Shown here one piece after another: positions 54,452-63,563 of a stretch of 64,000 nt of DNA. The stretch lies in assembly GCA_038224135.1 (NCBI GenBank), contig JBBRFO010000001.1:9503-73502 (forward strand). Reading direction: 5' to 3'. The notes beneath the pieces were generated by a model. That model worked only from the letters and a program-made list of their open reading frames with translations. It had not been told where the DNA came from and did not search any database. The translations under genes were made by a program, and so were the position numbers. The stretch is from Solirubrobacterales bacterium. GTDB lineage: Bacteria; Actinomycetota; Thermoleophilia; Solirubrobacterales; Solirubrobacteraceae. Every line of letters starts with the position of its first letter. The stretch's first letter is position 1.

Positions 54452-55503
54452 TTCGCCGTCGACACTCCTGCGTCGTCCTCGATCTTCGCGATCGAGCCCT
54501 TGGCGACGTCGAACAGCTCGTCGTTGACCTTCGCCCAGCCGCCGAGGTCAGCGATCGTGAACAGCCCGCGGGGGACCGGGAACTCGGAGGCGTGCTCCTT
54601 GAGCACGTCCTCGTTGACCGGCCGGTAGCCCCAGGCCGCGAAGACCTCCTGCGCGGGTTTGGACAGCACGTAGTCGACGAATGCCTGGGCCTGCTCGGCG
54701 TTCTTCGTCGTCGCGGCGATCGCGATCGGGATCTCGATCTTGATCGTGTCCTGCGGCGTGACGTAGTCGACCTTCTGGCCCTTCTTCTGCGCCGTCGTCG
54801 CCTCGTACTCGTAGGACAGCAGCACGTCGCCGTTGCCCGAGGTGAAGTCCTGCAGCGCCTCACGGCCCGACTTGTCCTGGACCTTCACGTGCTTGGTGAT
54901 CAGTTCGCGGATGTAGTCCAGGCCGGCCTGCGGGTTCTTGCCGGCCCGCGACGCCTGGCCGTACGCCGCGAGCAGGTTCCACTTCGCCGCGCCGGAGGTG
55001 AACGGGTTCGGCGTCAGCACCTGCACGCCGGGCTTCAGCAGGTCGGCCCAGGTGCGGATGTTCTTCGGGTTGCCCCTGCGGACGATGAACGAGACGACCG
55101 ACGTCGTGACGAGGCCGTCGTGCGGCTTGGTGTTCCAGTCCGGTGCGACCAGGCCGGCCTTGACCAGGCGCGTGACGTCCGGCTCGATCGAGAACGACAC
55201 GACATCTGCCGGCAGGCCGGCCTCGACCGCGCGGCTCTGGTCTCCCGAAGCGCCGTACGACGTCTTGAACGACACGCCGGCGCCGGGAACGGTCCGTGCG
55301 AAGGCGGGAAGGACCTCGTCGTAGACGACCTGCGGGGTCGAGTAGGCGACGAGCGACAGCGAGCTCTTGGCCGCGGACGAGGACGCCGCGGTCGCGTTCG
55401 AGCCGCCGATCTCGTCGCTGGCGCCGCCGCAGCCGGCGAGGACGACGCCGGCGAGGGCCAAGGCGAGCGCGGCAGCGGGGCGGATGTGGGGTCGATGCGG
55501 CAC
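54448..55503 (-). CDS. sbp: sulfate/thiosulfate-binding lipoprotein
   Basis: GTG 55503 gives VPHRPHIRPAAALALALAGVVLAGCGG (lipobox). The body resembles Sbp/CysP (VLTPNPFTSGAAKWNLLAAYG). Confidence 0.85.
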   Translation of the reverse strand: MPHRPHIRPAAALALALAGVVLAGCGGASDEIGGSNATAASSSAAKSSLSLVAYSTPQVVYDEVLPAFARTVPGAGVSFKTSYGASGDQSRAVEAGLPADVVSFSIEPDVTRLVKAGLVAPDWNTKPHDGLVTTSVVSFIVRRGNPKNIRTWADLLKPGVQVLTPNPFTSGAAKWNLLAAYGQASRAGKNPQAGLDYIRELITKHVKVQDKSGREALQDFTSGNGDVLLSYEYEATTAQKKGQKVDYVTPQDTIKIEIPIAIAATTKNAEQAQAFVDYVLSKPAQEVFAAWGYRPVNEDVLKEHASEFPVPRGLFTIADLGGWAKVNDELFDVAKGSIAKIEDDAGVSTAK

Positions 55504-55590
55504 GGCTGAAGCCTGCTCAGAGGAAAGGGTATAAAACCGATCAGATTTATGTAGTTCCCAAACAATAGCAAGGCGGTAGGAAAACTGCGG
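55504..55590. promoter_or_regulatory. AT-rich divergent promoter region (sbp-cysTWA <-> thyX-like gene)
   Basis: Hand count: 46 of 87 nt are A/T in a genome that otherwise looks >65 % GC. Contains TATAAA, ATTTAT and CAATAG. GGTAGGAAAA RBS-like sequence before TTG 55591. Confidence 0.5.
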
Positions 55591-57252
55591 TTGGGTACTC
55601 CGACGACCGCCGCCGAGCGCGCTACCGTTCTGCGCCCCGTGAGGTACCCCGTCGAGACGTTCACCGCCGCCGAGCGCGACCGCCTGGCCTCGCACGTCAC
55701 GAACCTCGACCAGCCCGTCTTCGGCCTGGTCAACCTGCCGGAGACCGTCAAGGGCGCGCTGTTCGCGCGCTACTCGCGCTATCAGGGGACGCTGCGGCGG
55801 CTGTTCCTCGACGAGTTCGCCGAGTCGCTGCCGGACATCGCCGCGCCGTGGAGTCCCGACGAGGGTGAGCGCGCAGCGCAGCTCTACGAGCGGATCTTCG
55901 TCGGCTACGGCGACGACTCGGTCGCCCAGCTCGGCGGCGCCCACATCGCCTGCGAGTGGGTCTCCAACGTGCTGACCAAGATCCTCCAGCGCCCGCGCCT
56001 GGGTGCCTATCTGGAGCAGTCGACGCGCTACATCGCCTACGACGCGCCGATCGACGCCACCGGGCCGGCGCGGTACCGCTACTACCGCGACGAGCAGCTC
56101 GGGCCGCAGTACGAGCAGGCGATGGACGCCGTCTTCGATGTCTACGCGGCGGCGCTGCCCAAAGTCAGCGCCTGGGTGCAGTCCGAGTTCCCGCCCGCTG
56201 GAGGCCAATCACCGATCGCCCACGCGCGCGCCTGCCAGGCCAAGGCGCTCGACCTGCTGCGCGGCCTGTTGCCCGCCGCGTCGCTGTCGCACATGGGGAT
56301 CTTCGCGACGGGGCAGACCTACGAGCAGCTCGTCCTGCACCTGCTGGCCCACCCGCTGCCCGAGGCCCGCGACTGCGGGCGCATGCTGCTGAGCGCGCTG
56401 CAGGCGACGATCCCGAGCTTCGTCTCCCGCGTCGAGCGTCCCGATCGCGGCGGCGAATGGGTGTCGTTCCTGGCCGAGCGCGAGGACGGTGCCCGCCGCG
56501 CCGTCGCCCGGCTCGGGCTGGACCGTCCTGCCGGCGACGACGGTCACGGCGGGCCGTCCGTCCGGCTGCTGCACGTCGACGGCGACGAGCAGTCGCTGGT
56601 CGCCGCGTTGCTGTTCGAGGCCGCGGGCGTCAGCGAGGAGGCGACGCGGGCACAACTTGCGGCGCTGGGCCACGACGAGCTCGGACGGCTGCTCGCCGAC
56701 CTGATCGGCGAGCGCCGCAACCGCCGCCACCGGCCCGGCCGCGGGTTCGAGGCCGTCCGCTACCGCTTCGAGATCGTCAGCGACTATGGCGCTTTCCGCG
56801 ATCTGCAGCGCCACCGGATGCTGACCGTGCAATGGCAGACGCTCGGACCCCACCTCGGCGCCGGCCTGCCGGGCGAGCTGACGGCGGCCGGCGTCGCCGA
56901 CGACTACCAGCGCGCGCTGGAGATCTCGCAGACCGAATGGCAGCGCCTTGCGGACGACGGGCGCGAAGGCGAGGCGCTGTACTCGCTGTGCCTCGGCTAC
57001 CGGATCCGCTATGTGCTCGACTGCAACGCGCGCGAGGCGATGCAGCTGATCGAGCTTCGTTCCGGGCGCGAGGGGCACCCCAGTTACCGCGCCGTCGCGC
57101 ACGAGATGCACCGGCTGATCGAGCAGGTCCATCCGGCCGTCGCGGCGGCGATGACGCACGTCGACCGCGAGACCGAGCCGCGCCTGGAACGCATCCTCAG
57201 CGAGATGCGCACCGAGGGTCGGCTCAGCGCGGCCGGCCGCCCACGCGCATAG
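55591..57252 (+). CDS. ThyX (Thy1)-like flavin-dependent thymidylate synthase family protein, double-length form
   Basis: 553 aa. The C-terminal half has DYGAFRDLQRHRMLT (RHR motif) and AMQLIELRSGREGHPSYRAVAHEM (ThyX-like helix). The N-terminal half has VKGALFARYSRYQGTLRRLF. TTG start. Confidence 0.65.
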   Translation: MGTPTTAAERATVLRPVRYPVETFTAAERDRLASHVTNLDQPVFGLVNLPETVKGALFARYSRYQGTLRRLFLDEFAESLPDIAAPWSPDEGERAAQLYERIFVGYGDDSVAQLGGAHIACEWVSNVLTKILQRPRLGAYLEQSTRYIAYDAPIDATGPARYRYYRDEQLGPQYEQAMDAVFDVYAAALPKVSAWVQSEFPPAGGQSPIAHARACQAKALDLLRGLLPAASLSHMGIFATGQTYEQLVLHLLAHPLPEARDCGRMLLSALQATIPSFVSRVERPDRGGEWVSFLAEREDGARRAVARLGLDRPAGDDGHGGPSVRLLHVDGDEQSLVAALLFEAAGVSEEATRAQLAALGHDELGRLLADLIGERRNRRHRPGRGFEAVRYRFEIVSDYGAFRDLQRHRMLTVQWQTLGPHLGAGLPGELTAAGVADDYQRALEISQTEWQRLADDGREGEALYSLCLGYRIRYVLDCNAREAMQLIELRSGREGHPSYRAVAHEMHRLIEQVHPAVAAAMTHVDRETEPRLERILSEMRTEGRLSAAGRPRA

Positions 57253-57322
57253 CTGGTTAGGCTTGCGCATCCGAGGGCCGGAGTTGCCCTCGCTCGTCTC
57301 CGACTCCCGAGAGGTCCTCGCC

Positions 57323-58192
57323 GTGCTGTCACGCCGTCTGCTGCTGCCGCTGGTGCTGTTGTCGCTGACCGTCGCCGTCTCGGCGTGCGGCTCGAGTAAC
57401 AACTCGTCGTCCGGCTCGTCCACCACGTCGACCGCGACGACGGCGGCCTCGTGCTCGAAGGCCGACCTCGCGCTCGTCAGGTCCGGCACGCTCAGCGTCG
57501 GCACCGACAAGCCGGGTTACCCGCCGTACATCGTTGACGACAAGCCGACCAACGGCAAAGGCTTCGAGAGCGCCGTCTCCTACGCGATCGCCAAGCAGCT
57601 CGGGTTCACCAAGGACCAGGTCACGTGGGTCGTCGTGCCGTTCAACTCGTCGTACGCGCCCGGCCCGAAGAAGTTCGACTTCGACATCAATCAGATCTCG
57701 ATCAGCCCGGCCCGCGCGCGCGCGGTCGACTTCTCGGCGCCGTACTACACCGCTCCGCAGGCGGTCCTGGCGCTCAAGGGCACGCCGGCAGCCGCCGCGA
57801 CCGACGTCGCCGGCCTGAAGGACGCCAAGATCGGCGTCCAGATCGGCACGACGAGCCTCAAGGCCGTCACCGACACGATCCAGCCGAGCAAGCAGCCGTC
57901 GGTCTTCAACGACAGCAACGACACGGTCCGCGCGCTGAAGAACAAGACGGTCGACGCGATCGTCGTCGACGTCCCGACCGCCGTCTACCTGCGCGACTTC
58001 GAGGTCAAGAAGTCGGTCGTGACCGGCACCTTCGGCGGCGCCGGCACGCCGTGGGGTGTCGTCCTGGGCAAGGGCTCAAAGCTGACCGCGTGTGTCGATC
58101 AGGCGATCAGCAAGCTGCAGGCCTCCGGCGAGCTTGCCGCGATCACCAAGCAGTGGATGGGTCCGTACACCAAGGCGCCGCAGCTCGGCTGA
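57323..58192 (+). CDS. amino acid ABC transporter substrate-binding lipoprotein
   Basis: GTG 57323 gives VLSRRLLLPLVLLSLTVAVSACGSS (lipobox). Family 3 SBP-like body (DFDINQISISPARA, DAIVVD). Confidence 0.8.
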   Translation: MLSRRLLLPLVLLSLTVAVSACGSSNNSSSGSSTTSTATTAASCSKADLALVRSGTLSVGTDKPGYPPYIVDDKPTNGKGFESAVSYAIAKQLGFTKDQVTWVVVPFNSSYAPGPKKFDFDINQISISPARARAVDFSAPYYTAPQAVLALKGTPAAAATDVAGLKDAKIGVQIGTTSLKAVTDTIQPSKQPSVFNDSNDTVRALKNKTVDAIVVDVPTAVYLRDFEVKKSVVTGTFGGAGTPWGVVLGKGSKLTACVDQAISKLQASGELAAITKQWMGPYTKAPQLG

Positions 58193-58220
58193 TGCCCGGG
58201 GCGCCCGCCCCGGCCGCGTG

Positions 58221-59078
58221 ATGACCGATGCGGTGACCGACATCGCCAGCGACCGGCGTGCGGCGCGCGCGGCCGCACGCCGCAGCCGCGAGCGTCGCGG
58301 CGCGCTGATCGCGGCCGTCTCGACCGTCGTCGTCCTCGGACTGCTGACTCTGCTGATCACGCAGAGCAGCGGCTGGCCGACCGTCCGCGAGACGTTCTTC
58401 TCGTGGCAGGCGTTCAAGACGTCGTTCCCCGACATCCTGCGCGGGTTCTGGCTCGACGTGAAGCTGTTCGTCAGCGTCGAGGCGGTCGTGCTGGTGGCCG
58501 GGCTGGGCATCGCGCTGTGCCGGATCACGACCGCGCCGGCGCTGTTCCCGGTGCGCCTGCTGGCCGTCGTGTTCACCGATCTGCTGCGCGGCATCCCGAC
58601 GATCCTGATCGTCTACCTCGTCGGCTTCGGCATCCCGGCGCTGCAGATCTCGGGCCTGCCGAACGACCCGATCATCCTCGGCGGCCTGGCGCTGGCGATG
58701 TCCTACTCGGCCTACGTCGCCGAGGTCTACCGCTCCGGCATCGAGTCGGTCCATCCGAGTCAGCGCTCGGCGTCGCTGGCGCTCGGCCTCAGTTCGGCGC
58801 AGGCGCTGCGATTCGTGATCCTCCCGCAGGCCGTGCGCCGCGTCGCCCCGCCGCTGCTGAACGACTTCATCGCGCTGCAGAAGGACGTCGCGCTGGTGTC
58901 GATCCTCGGGCCGCTCGAGGCGTTCCGCGTCGCCCAGATCTACGCCGCCGAGAACTTCAACTACACGCCGCTGCTGGCCGCCGCGCTGCTGTACGTCGCC
59001 GTGACGATCCCGCTGGCGCGACTCGTCGACCGGATGCAGCGCGGCAGCCGCCCGCCGGTCAGCGGAGTGGTCCGATGA
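58221..59078 (+). CDS. amino acid ABC transporter permease (His/Glu/Gln/Arg/opine family)
   Basis: EAA loop ESVHPSQRSASLALGLSSAQALRFVILPQA. Polytopic. Confidence 0.85.
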   Translation: MTDAVTDIASDRRAARAAARRSRERRGALIAAVSTVVVLGLLTLLITQSSGWPTVRETFFSWQAFKTSFPDILRGFWLDVKLFVSVEAVVLVAGLGIALCRITTAPALFPVRLLAVVFTDLLRGIPTILIVYLVGFGIPALQISGLPNDPIILGGLALAMSYSAYVAEVYRSGIESVHPSQRSASLALGLSSAQALRFVILPQAVRRVAPPLLNDFIALQKDVALVSILGPLEAFRVAQIYAAENFNYTPLLAAALLYVAVTIPLARLVDRMQRGSRPPVSGVVR

Positions 59079-59824
59079 GCACGGTTCCGGTCGTCGAACT
59101 GCGCGGCGTCACCAAGGCCTACGGTGAGCTCGAGGTGCTGCGCGGGATCGACGTCGCCGTCCGCGAGCACGAGGCCGTCGTGCTGATCGGAGCGTCAGGT
59201 TCCGGCAAGTCGACGCTGCTGCGCTGTGTCGATCTGCTGGACGAGATCGACGACGGCGACATCTTCCTCGACGGCGAGGTGATCACCGACCCGGCCTGCG
59301 ACGTCGTCGCGACGCGCCGCCACCTGGGGATGGTGTTCCAGGCGTTCAACCTGTTCCCGCACCTCAGCGTGCTGCAGAACGTGATGCTGGCGCCGCTGCG
59401 GGCGCACGGGATGCATCGCCGCGAGGCGACCGATCACGGGCGCGAGCTGCTGACGCGGTTCGGCCTTGGCGGCCGTGAGGACGACCATCCCGACCAGCTC
59501 TCCGGCGGCCAGCAGCAGCGCGTCGCGATCGTCCGCGCGCTCGCCACACGCCCGCGCGCGCTGTTGCTCGACGAGGTGACCAGTGCCCTCGATCCGGAGC
59601 TCGTGGGGGAGGTGCTCGAGCTGATCCGCGAGCTCAAGGCCGACGGCATGACGATGCTGATTGCGACCCACGAGATGGGCTTTGCGCGCGACGTCGCCGA
59701 CGAGGTCTGCTTCCTGCACCAGGGGCGGATCCTCGAGCGCGGCGCGCCGGCGTCGATCTTCACCGCGCCCGAGCAGCCCGAGACGCGGCGGTTCCTCGGC
59801 CGGGTGCTCGGCCTGTCGGAGTAG
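59075..59824 (+). CDS. amino acid ABC transporter ATP-binding protein
   Basis: [43 protein letters not shown] overlap with the permease. Confidence 0.9.
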   Translation: MSTVPVVELRGVTKAYGELEVLRGIDVAVREHEAVVLIGASGSGKSTLLRCVDLLDEIDDGDIFLDGEVITDPACDVVATRRHLGMVFQAFNLFPHLSVLQNVMLAPLRAHGMHRREATDHGRELLTRFGLGGREDDHPDQLSGGQQQRVAIVRALATRPRALLLDEVTSALDPELVGEVLELIRELKADGMTMLIATHEMGFARDVADEVCFLHQGRILERGAPASIFTAPEQPETRRFLGRVLGLSE

Positions 59825-59833
59825 CCCCGGTGC

Positions 59834-61807
59834 CTACTCCTCGTCGCCGCGCTGGCTGATCTTCTGCTGCAGCTCGGCCATCACGCCGGGGTCGCGCAGC
59901 GTCGTGACGTCGCCCAGCTCGTGGCCCTCGGCGATGTCGCGGAGCAGCCGGCGCATGATCTTGCCTGAGCGGGTCTTGGGCAACTCGCCGGCCCAGACGA
60001 TCCGCCGCGGCCGAGCGAGCTTGCCGATCCGCTGCGCCACGTGCTCGAGCAGTTCGGCCTTCAGCGCGTCGTCCTCGGCGACCTCGCCGCGGACGGTGAC
60101 GAAGGCACAGATCGCCTGCCCGGTCTGCTCGTCGTTCTGCCCGATGACCGCCGCCTCAGCGACCTTCGGGTGGCTGACGATCGCCGACTCGACCTCGGCC
60201 GTCGACATCCGGTGACCGGAGACGTTGATGACGTCATCGACGCGGCCGATCACCCAGAAGTAGTCGTTGTCGTCCTTGCGGGCCGCGTCGCCGACGAAGT
60301 AGACCGGCGCCCCGAACCGCTCCCAGTAACCGGACAGGTAGCGCTCGCGCTCGTGGTACAGCGTGCGCAGCATCCCTGGCCACGGCCGGCGCAGCGTCAG
60401 CAGGCCCTGCTCGTCGCCATCGACCTCGATGCCGTCGTTGTCGACGACCGACGCCAGCACGCCCGGCAGCGGGGTCCCGGCCGAGCCCGGCTTCATCGGC
60501 TGCGCGCCCGGGAGCGTCGTGATCATGATCTGCCCGGTCTCGGTCTGCCACCACGTGTCGACGACCGGGCAGTTCCCGCCGCCGACGACCCGCCAGTACC
60601 AGACCCACGCCTTGGGGTTGATCGGCTCGCCGACTGTCCCGATCAGCCGCAGCCTGCTGAGGTCGTGGCGCTGCACCTCCTGCGCCCCCCACTTGATGCA
60701 CGTGCGGATCGCCGTCGGCGCGGTGTAGAAGATCGTCACGCCGCGCTCGGCGCAGAGCTTCCACCAGACGTCGGTCGAGGGATAGTCGGGCGCGCCCTCG
60801 TACATCACCGACGTCGCGGCGTTCGCCATCGGTCCGTAGATCATGTAGCTGTGGCCGGTGATCCAGCCGACGTCGGCCGTGCAGAAGAAGACGTCGCGCT
60901 CGGGCTTGAGGTCGAAGACGTGCTTGAACGACCACGCCACGCCGGTCAGATAGCCGCCGGTGGTGTGCAGGATCCCCTTGGGCTTGGCCGTCGACCCGCT
61001 CGAGTAGAGGATGAACAGCGGGTGCTCGGCCTCCAGGGGCTCGGGCGGGCAGACCGGGTCGGCCGCCGCGGTGATCTCGTCGTAGAAGACATCGCGGCCG
61101 TCGGTCATCGCGCAGTCGATGCCGGTGTGCCGCACGACGATGACGGTCTCGATGCTCGCGTCGGCGCCGAGCACGGCGTCGACCTCGGCTTTGACCGGCG
61201 CCGTCTTGCCCTTGCGCCGCGCGCCGTCGACCGTGATCAGCGCCTTGGCGTGCGAGAACGCCATCCGCTCGGCGACCGACTCGGCGCTGAAGCCGCCGAA
61301 GACGACGTTGTGCGGCGCGCCGATCCGCGCACACGCCAGCATCGCGACGATCACCTCGGGGATCATCGGCAGGTAGATCCCGACGACATCGCCCGGTGCG
61401 ACGCCGCGCTCCTTGAGCGCACTGGCCAGCTTCTGCGTCTCGGCCAGCAGCCATGCGTACGTCAGCTCACGGTGCTCGCCCTCCTCACCGTGCCAGTGGA
61501 ACGCGACGCGGTCGCCGAGGCCCGCGGCGACGTGGCGGTCCAGGCAGTTGTGCGACGCGTTGATCCGGCCGTCCGCGAACCAGCGGTAGAACGGCGCGTC
61601 GCTGTCGTCGAGCGCCTGCGTCGGCTCCGTCGCCCAGTCCAGCGCCCGCGCCTGCTCCGCCCACCACCCGACCGGATCGCGCTCAGCGGCCTCGTGAACC
61701 GACAGGTCGGTGATCAGCGCGTCGTCGACAAAGTTCTGCGGCGGCATGAACCACTCGCGGTCGAGCAGTTCGGCGAGCTCCTGGTCCAGCTGGGCGTCGT
61801 CGGCCAT
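59834..61807 (-). CDS. acs: acetyl-CoA synthetase (AMP-forming)
   Basis: 657 aa. ILYSSGSTAKPKGILHTTGGY, WWQTETG, RSGKIMRRLLRDIA (acylation Lys region). AGGAG RBS 9 nt upstream. Confidence 0.95.
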   Translation of the reverse strand: MADDAQLDQELAELLDREWFMPPQNFVDDALITDLSVHEAAERDPVGWWAEQARALDWATEPTQALDDSDAPFYRWFADGRINASHNCLDRHVAAGLGDRVAFHWHGEEGEHRELTYAWLLAETQKLASALKERGVAPGDVVGIYLPMIPEVIVAMLACARIGAPHNVVFGGFSAESVAERMAFSHAKALITVDGARRKGKTAPVKAEVDAVLGADASIETVIVVRHTGIDCAMTDGRDVFYDEITAAADPVCPPEPLEAEHPLFILYSSGSTAKPKGILHTTGGYLTGVAWSFKHVFDLKPERDVFFCTADVGWITGHSYMIYGPMANAATSVMYEGAPDYPSTDVWWKLCAERGVTIFYTAPTAIRTCIKWGAQEVQRHDLSRLRLIGTVGEPINPKAWVWYWRVVGGGNCPVVDTWWQTETGQIMITTLPGAQPMKPGSAGTPLPGVLASVVDNDGIEVDGDEQGLLTLRRPWPGMLRTLYHERERYLSGYWERFGAPVYFVGDAARKDDNDYFWVIGRVDDVINVSGHRMSTAEVESAIVSHPKVAEAAVIGQNDEQTGQAICAFVTVRGEVAEDDALKAELLEHVAQRIGKLARPRRIVWAGELPKTRSGKIMRRLLRDIAEGHELGDVTTLRDPGVMAELQQKISQRGDEE

Positions 61808-61828
61808 CGGGTGGCACTCCTGAGTCCG

Positions 61829-61840
61829 GGGAACGTTCCC
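61829..61840. promoter_or_regulatory. perfect 12-bp palindrome GGGAACGTTCCC in the acs 5' region (candidate operator)
   Basis: Read directly from the sequence. Lies 22-33 nt upstream of the acs ATG (61807), between acs and the upstream membrane-protein gene. Confidence 0.35.
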
Positions 61841-61868
61841 TTCGACCCTAGTCCACCACGGCGTCCAG

Positions 61869-62777
61869 CTACTTGCGCTTGCGCTTCTTCTTCGACGCGT
61901 TCGGGCTCGGTGCGCGCGGTGCCGGCGCTGGCGTCGCAGGAGCGAGCGTTCCGCCGCCCTCGCGCCGCTCGCGCTGCTGCTGCGCCGTCGGCCACGGGAC
62001 GGCGCGGCCGGTGTCCCAGGCGGGCAGCGCGCTCGGCCAGCGCCCGGCGATCAGCGAGCCCAGCGCGCCGAGCCAGAACGAGCGCAGGATGCCCTGCTGG
62101 TCCAGCGGCAGGACGAACGTCGCGCCCGTGATCACGCCGAGAATGCCCATGAACCGGGTCAGCAGACCGACGCGCATCGCGTTCAGGCCGAGCATCACGA
62201 ACGTGAAGCCGAGCAGGAACCCGCCGAGCTGCTGGATCGCGGCCGCGACCAGCACCCCGGCGCCCTGCAGGGCGTCGACGGCGTCGGCGTTCGTCGCGTC
62301 GGCGGCCAGGCCGGTCGCCGCGGTGTAGCGGGCGATGCCGCTCGCCGCGGTGCCGATGCCGTACATCGCCGCTCCGGCGGCGGCGGCGATCAGCGTCAGT
62401 CGCAGCAGCGTCGGGTTGCGCGCCTTCGTCGCCGAGTACAGGTAGGCGGCCGGGAAGAACAGCAGCAGGCCGCCGATCCCCTGGACGATCGCCCCGCCGA
62501 CGGGGACTGCCGCATGGTCGGCCAGATACAGCACCTGCAGCGCGCCGCGACCCTGTGGGATCGCTGTACCGGCGGCGAGGTGGCCGAGCGTGTCAATCGG
62601 CGTGACGACCGCCGAGGCGTAGCTCGGGATGCCGTTGAACCCGACCGTGGTCAGAACGCTGCCGAGCAACGTCAGGACGGCCGCGGCGATGCTCGCGGCG
62701 GCGGCGCGGGTGCGATGGGCAGCCTCCCAGGCGAGGGCCTGCTCGGGAGTCGTGGCCTGGGGAGCGGGGGTCGACAT
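61869..62777 (-). CDS. hypothetical polytopic membrane protein with Pro-rich, polybasic C-terminal tail
   Basis: 302 aa, about 6 hydrophobic segments. Ends ...APATPAPAPRAPSPNASKKKRKRK. Confidence 0.65.
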   Translation of the reverse strand: MSTPAPQATTPEQALAWEAAHRTRAAAASIAAAVLTLLGSVLTTVGFNGIPSYASAVVTPIDTLGHLAAGTAIPQGRGALQVLYLADHAAVPVGGAIVQGIGGLLLFFPAAYLYSATKARNPTLLRLTLIAAAAGAAMYGIGTAASGIARYTAATGLAADATNADAVDALQGAGVLVAAAIQQLGGFLLGFTFVMLGLNAMRVGLLTRFMGILGVITGATFVLPLDQQGILRSFWLGALGSLIAGRWPSALPAWDTGRAVPWPTAQQQRERREGGGTLAPATPAPAPRAPSPNASKKKRKRK

Positions 62778-62809
62778 CGGCGCGGGCGCAGCCCGAGGGC
62801 CGCGGCCGC

Positions 62810-63547
62810 TCAGTCTACGAGGAGCGTTCGAGTCGCAGCAGCCACGTCACCATCGGGCACGCGCCGCCCGTCCGCGAGCAGCGCGACCAGCGCGTCGGCG
62901 GCGGCGACGAGATGCGCTCGGGTGGTCGGCCCGGTGACGACCGCCGTCGGAAGGCCGATCGCCCGCAGCTCGGCGCGCGTCGCCGCGAACGTCGAACTGC
63001 CGGCGTAGTCGGCGAAGAAGGCGCCGGGCACTGCCAGCGCGCGCTCGCGGCCTTCGCGCCCGGGCCGCGCATCCAGCCACGCGGCGACGCCGGCGGGCGG
63101 ACCGCCGCCCGCGACCGCCGCCTCGATCCGCGCGCGCTCGTCGGACAGCACGCGCGCCGCGTCGGGCACGAACGCCAGCAGCGGCGGCTCGTGCAGGACG
63201 GCGGCGGCGAGCAGGCCCGGATGCCGGCGCGCCACGTCGAGCACGATCAACGCGCCGAACCCGTCGCCGACGGCCAGCGCGCCGGTGATCTCGAGGGCGC
63301 CCAGCAGCGCGGCAAGATCCTCGCCCTGCTCCATGACGGTCGTCCCGGCGTAGGGCTCGGGCGCACTGCTGGCGCCATATCCACGGCGGGCGTAACGGAT
63401 CACGCGGGCCTCTCGCGACAGCTCGGATACCAGCGGCCCCATCGCCAGATCGTCTCCGCCGAGGTCGTGGACGAGCACCACCGCAGCGCCCGTGCCGTCC
63501 TCGCGGTAGGCGAGATCGACGCCGGCTCCGGGGGCAAGTGGTGTCAT
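62810..63547 (-). CDS. alpha/beta hydrolase fold protein
   Basis: AVVLVHDLGGD near the N-terminus and AVGDGFGALI in the nucleophile-elbow position (G-D-G-F-G, so Asp rather than Ser). 245 aa. Confidence 0.7.
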   Translation of the reverse strand: MTPLAPGAGVDLAYREDGTGAAVVLVHDLGGDDLAMGPLVSELSREARVIRYARRGYGASSAPEPYAGTTVMEQGEDLAALLGALEITGALAVGDGFGALIVLDVARRHPGLLAAAVLHEPPLLAFVPDAARVLSDERARIEAAVAGGGPPAGVAAWLDARPGREGRERALAVPGAFFADYAGSSTFAATRAELRAIGLPTAVVTGPTTRAHLVAAADALVALLADGRRVPDGDVAAATRTLLVD

Positions 63548-63563
63548 GGCCTACGATTGAACC

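Noticed and set aside
54448-56208. 586-aa minus-strand ORF extending the sulfate-binding protein gene through the AT-rich spacer into the thyX-like gene.
   Set aside because: The lipoprotein signal peptide begins at GTG 55503. The upstream extension crosses an AT-rich non-coding region and is antisense to a gene that carries ThyX motifs.
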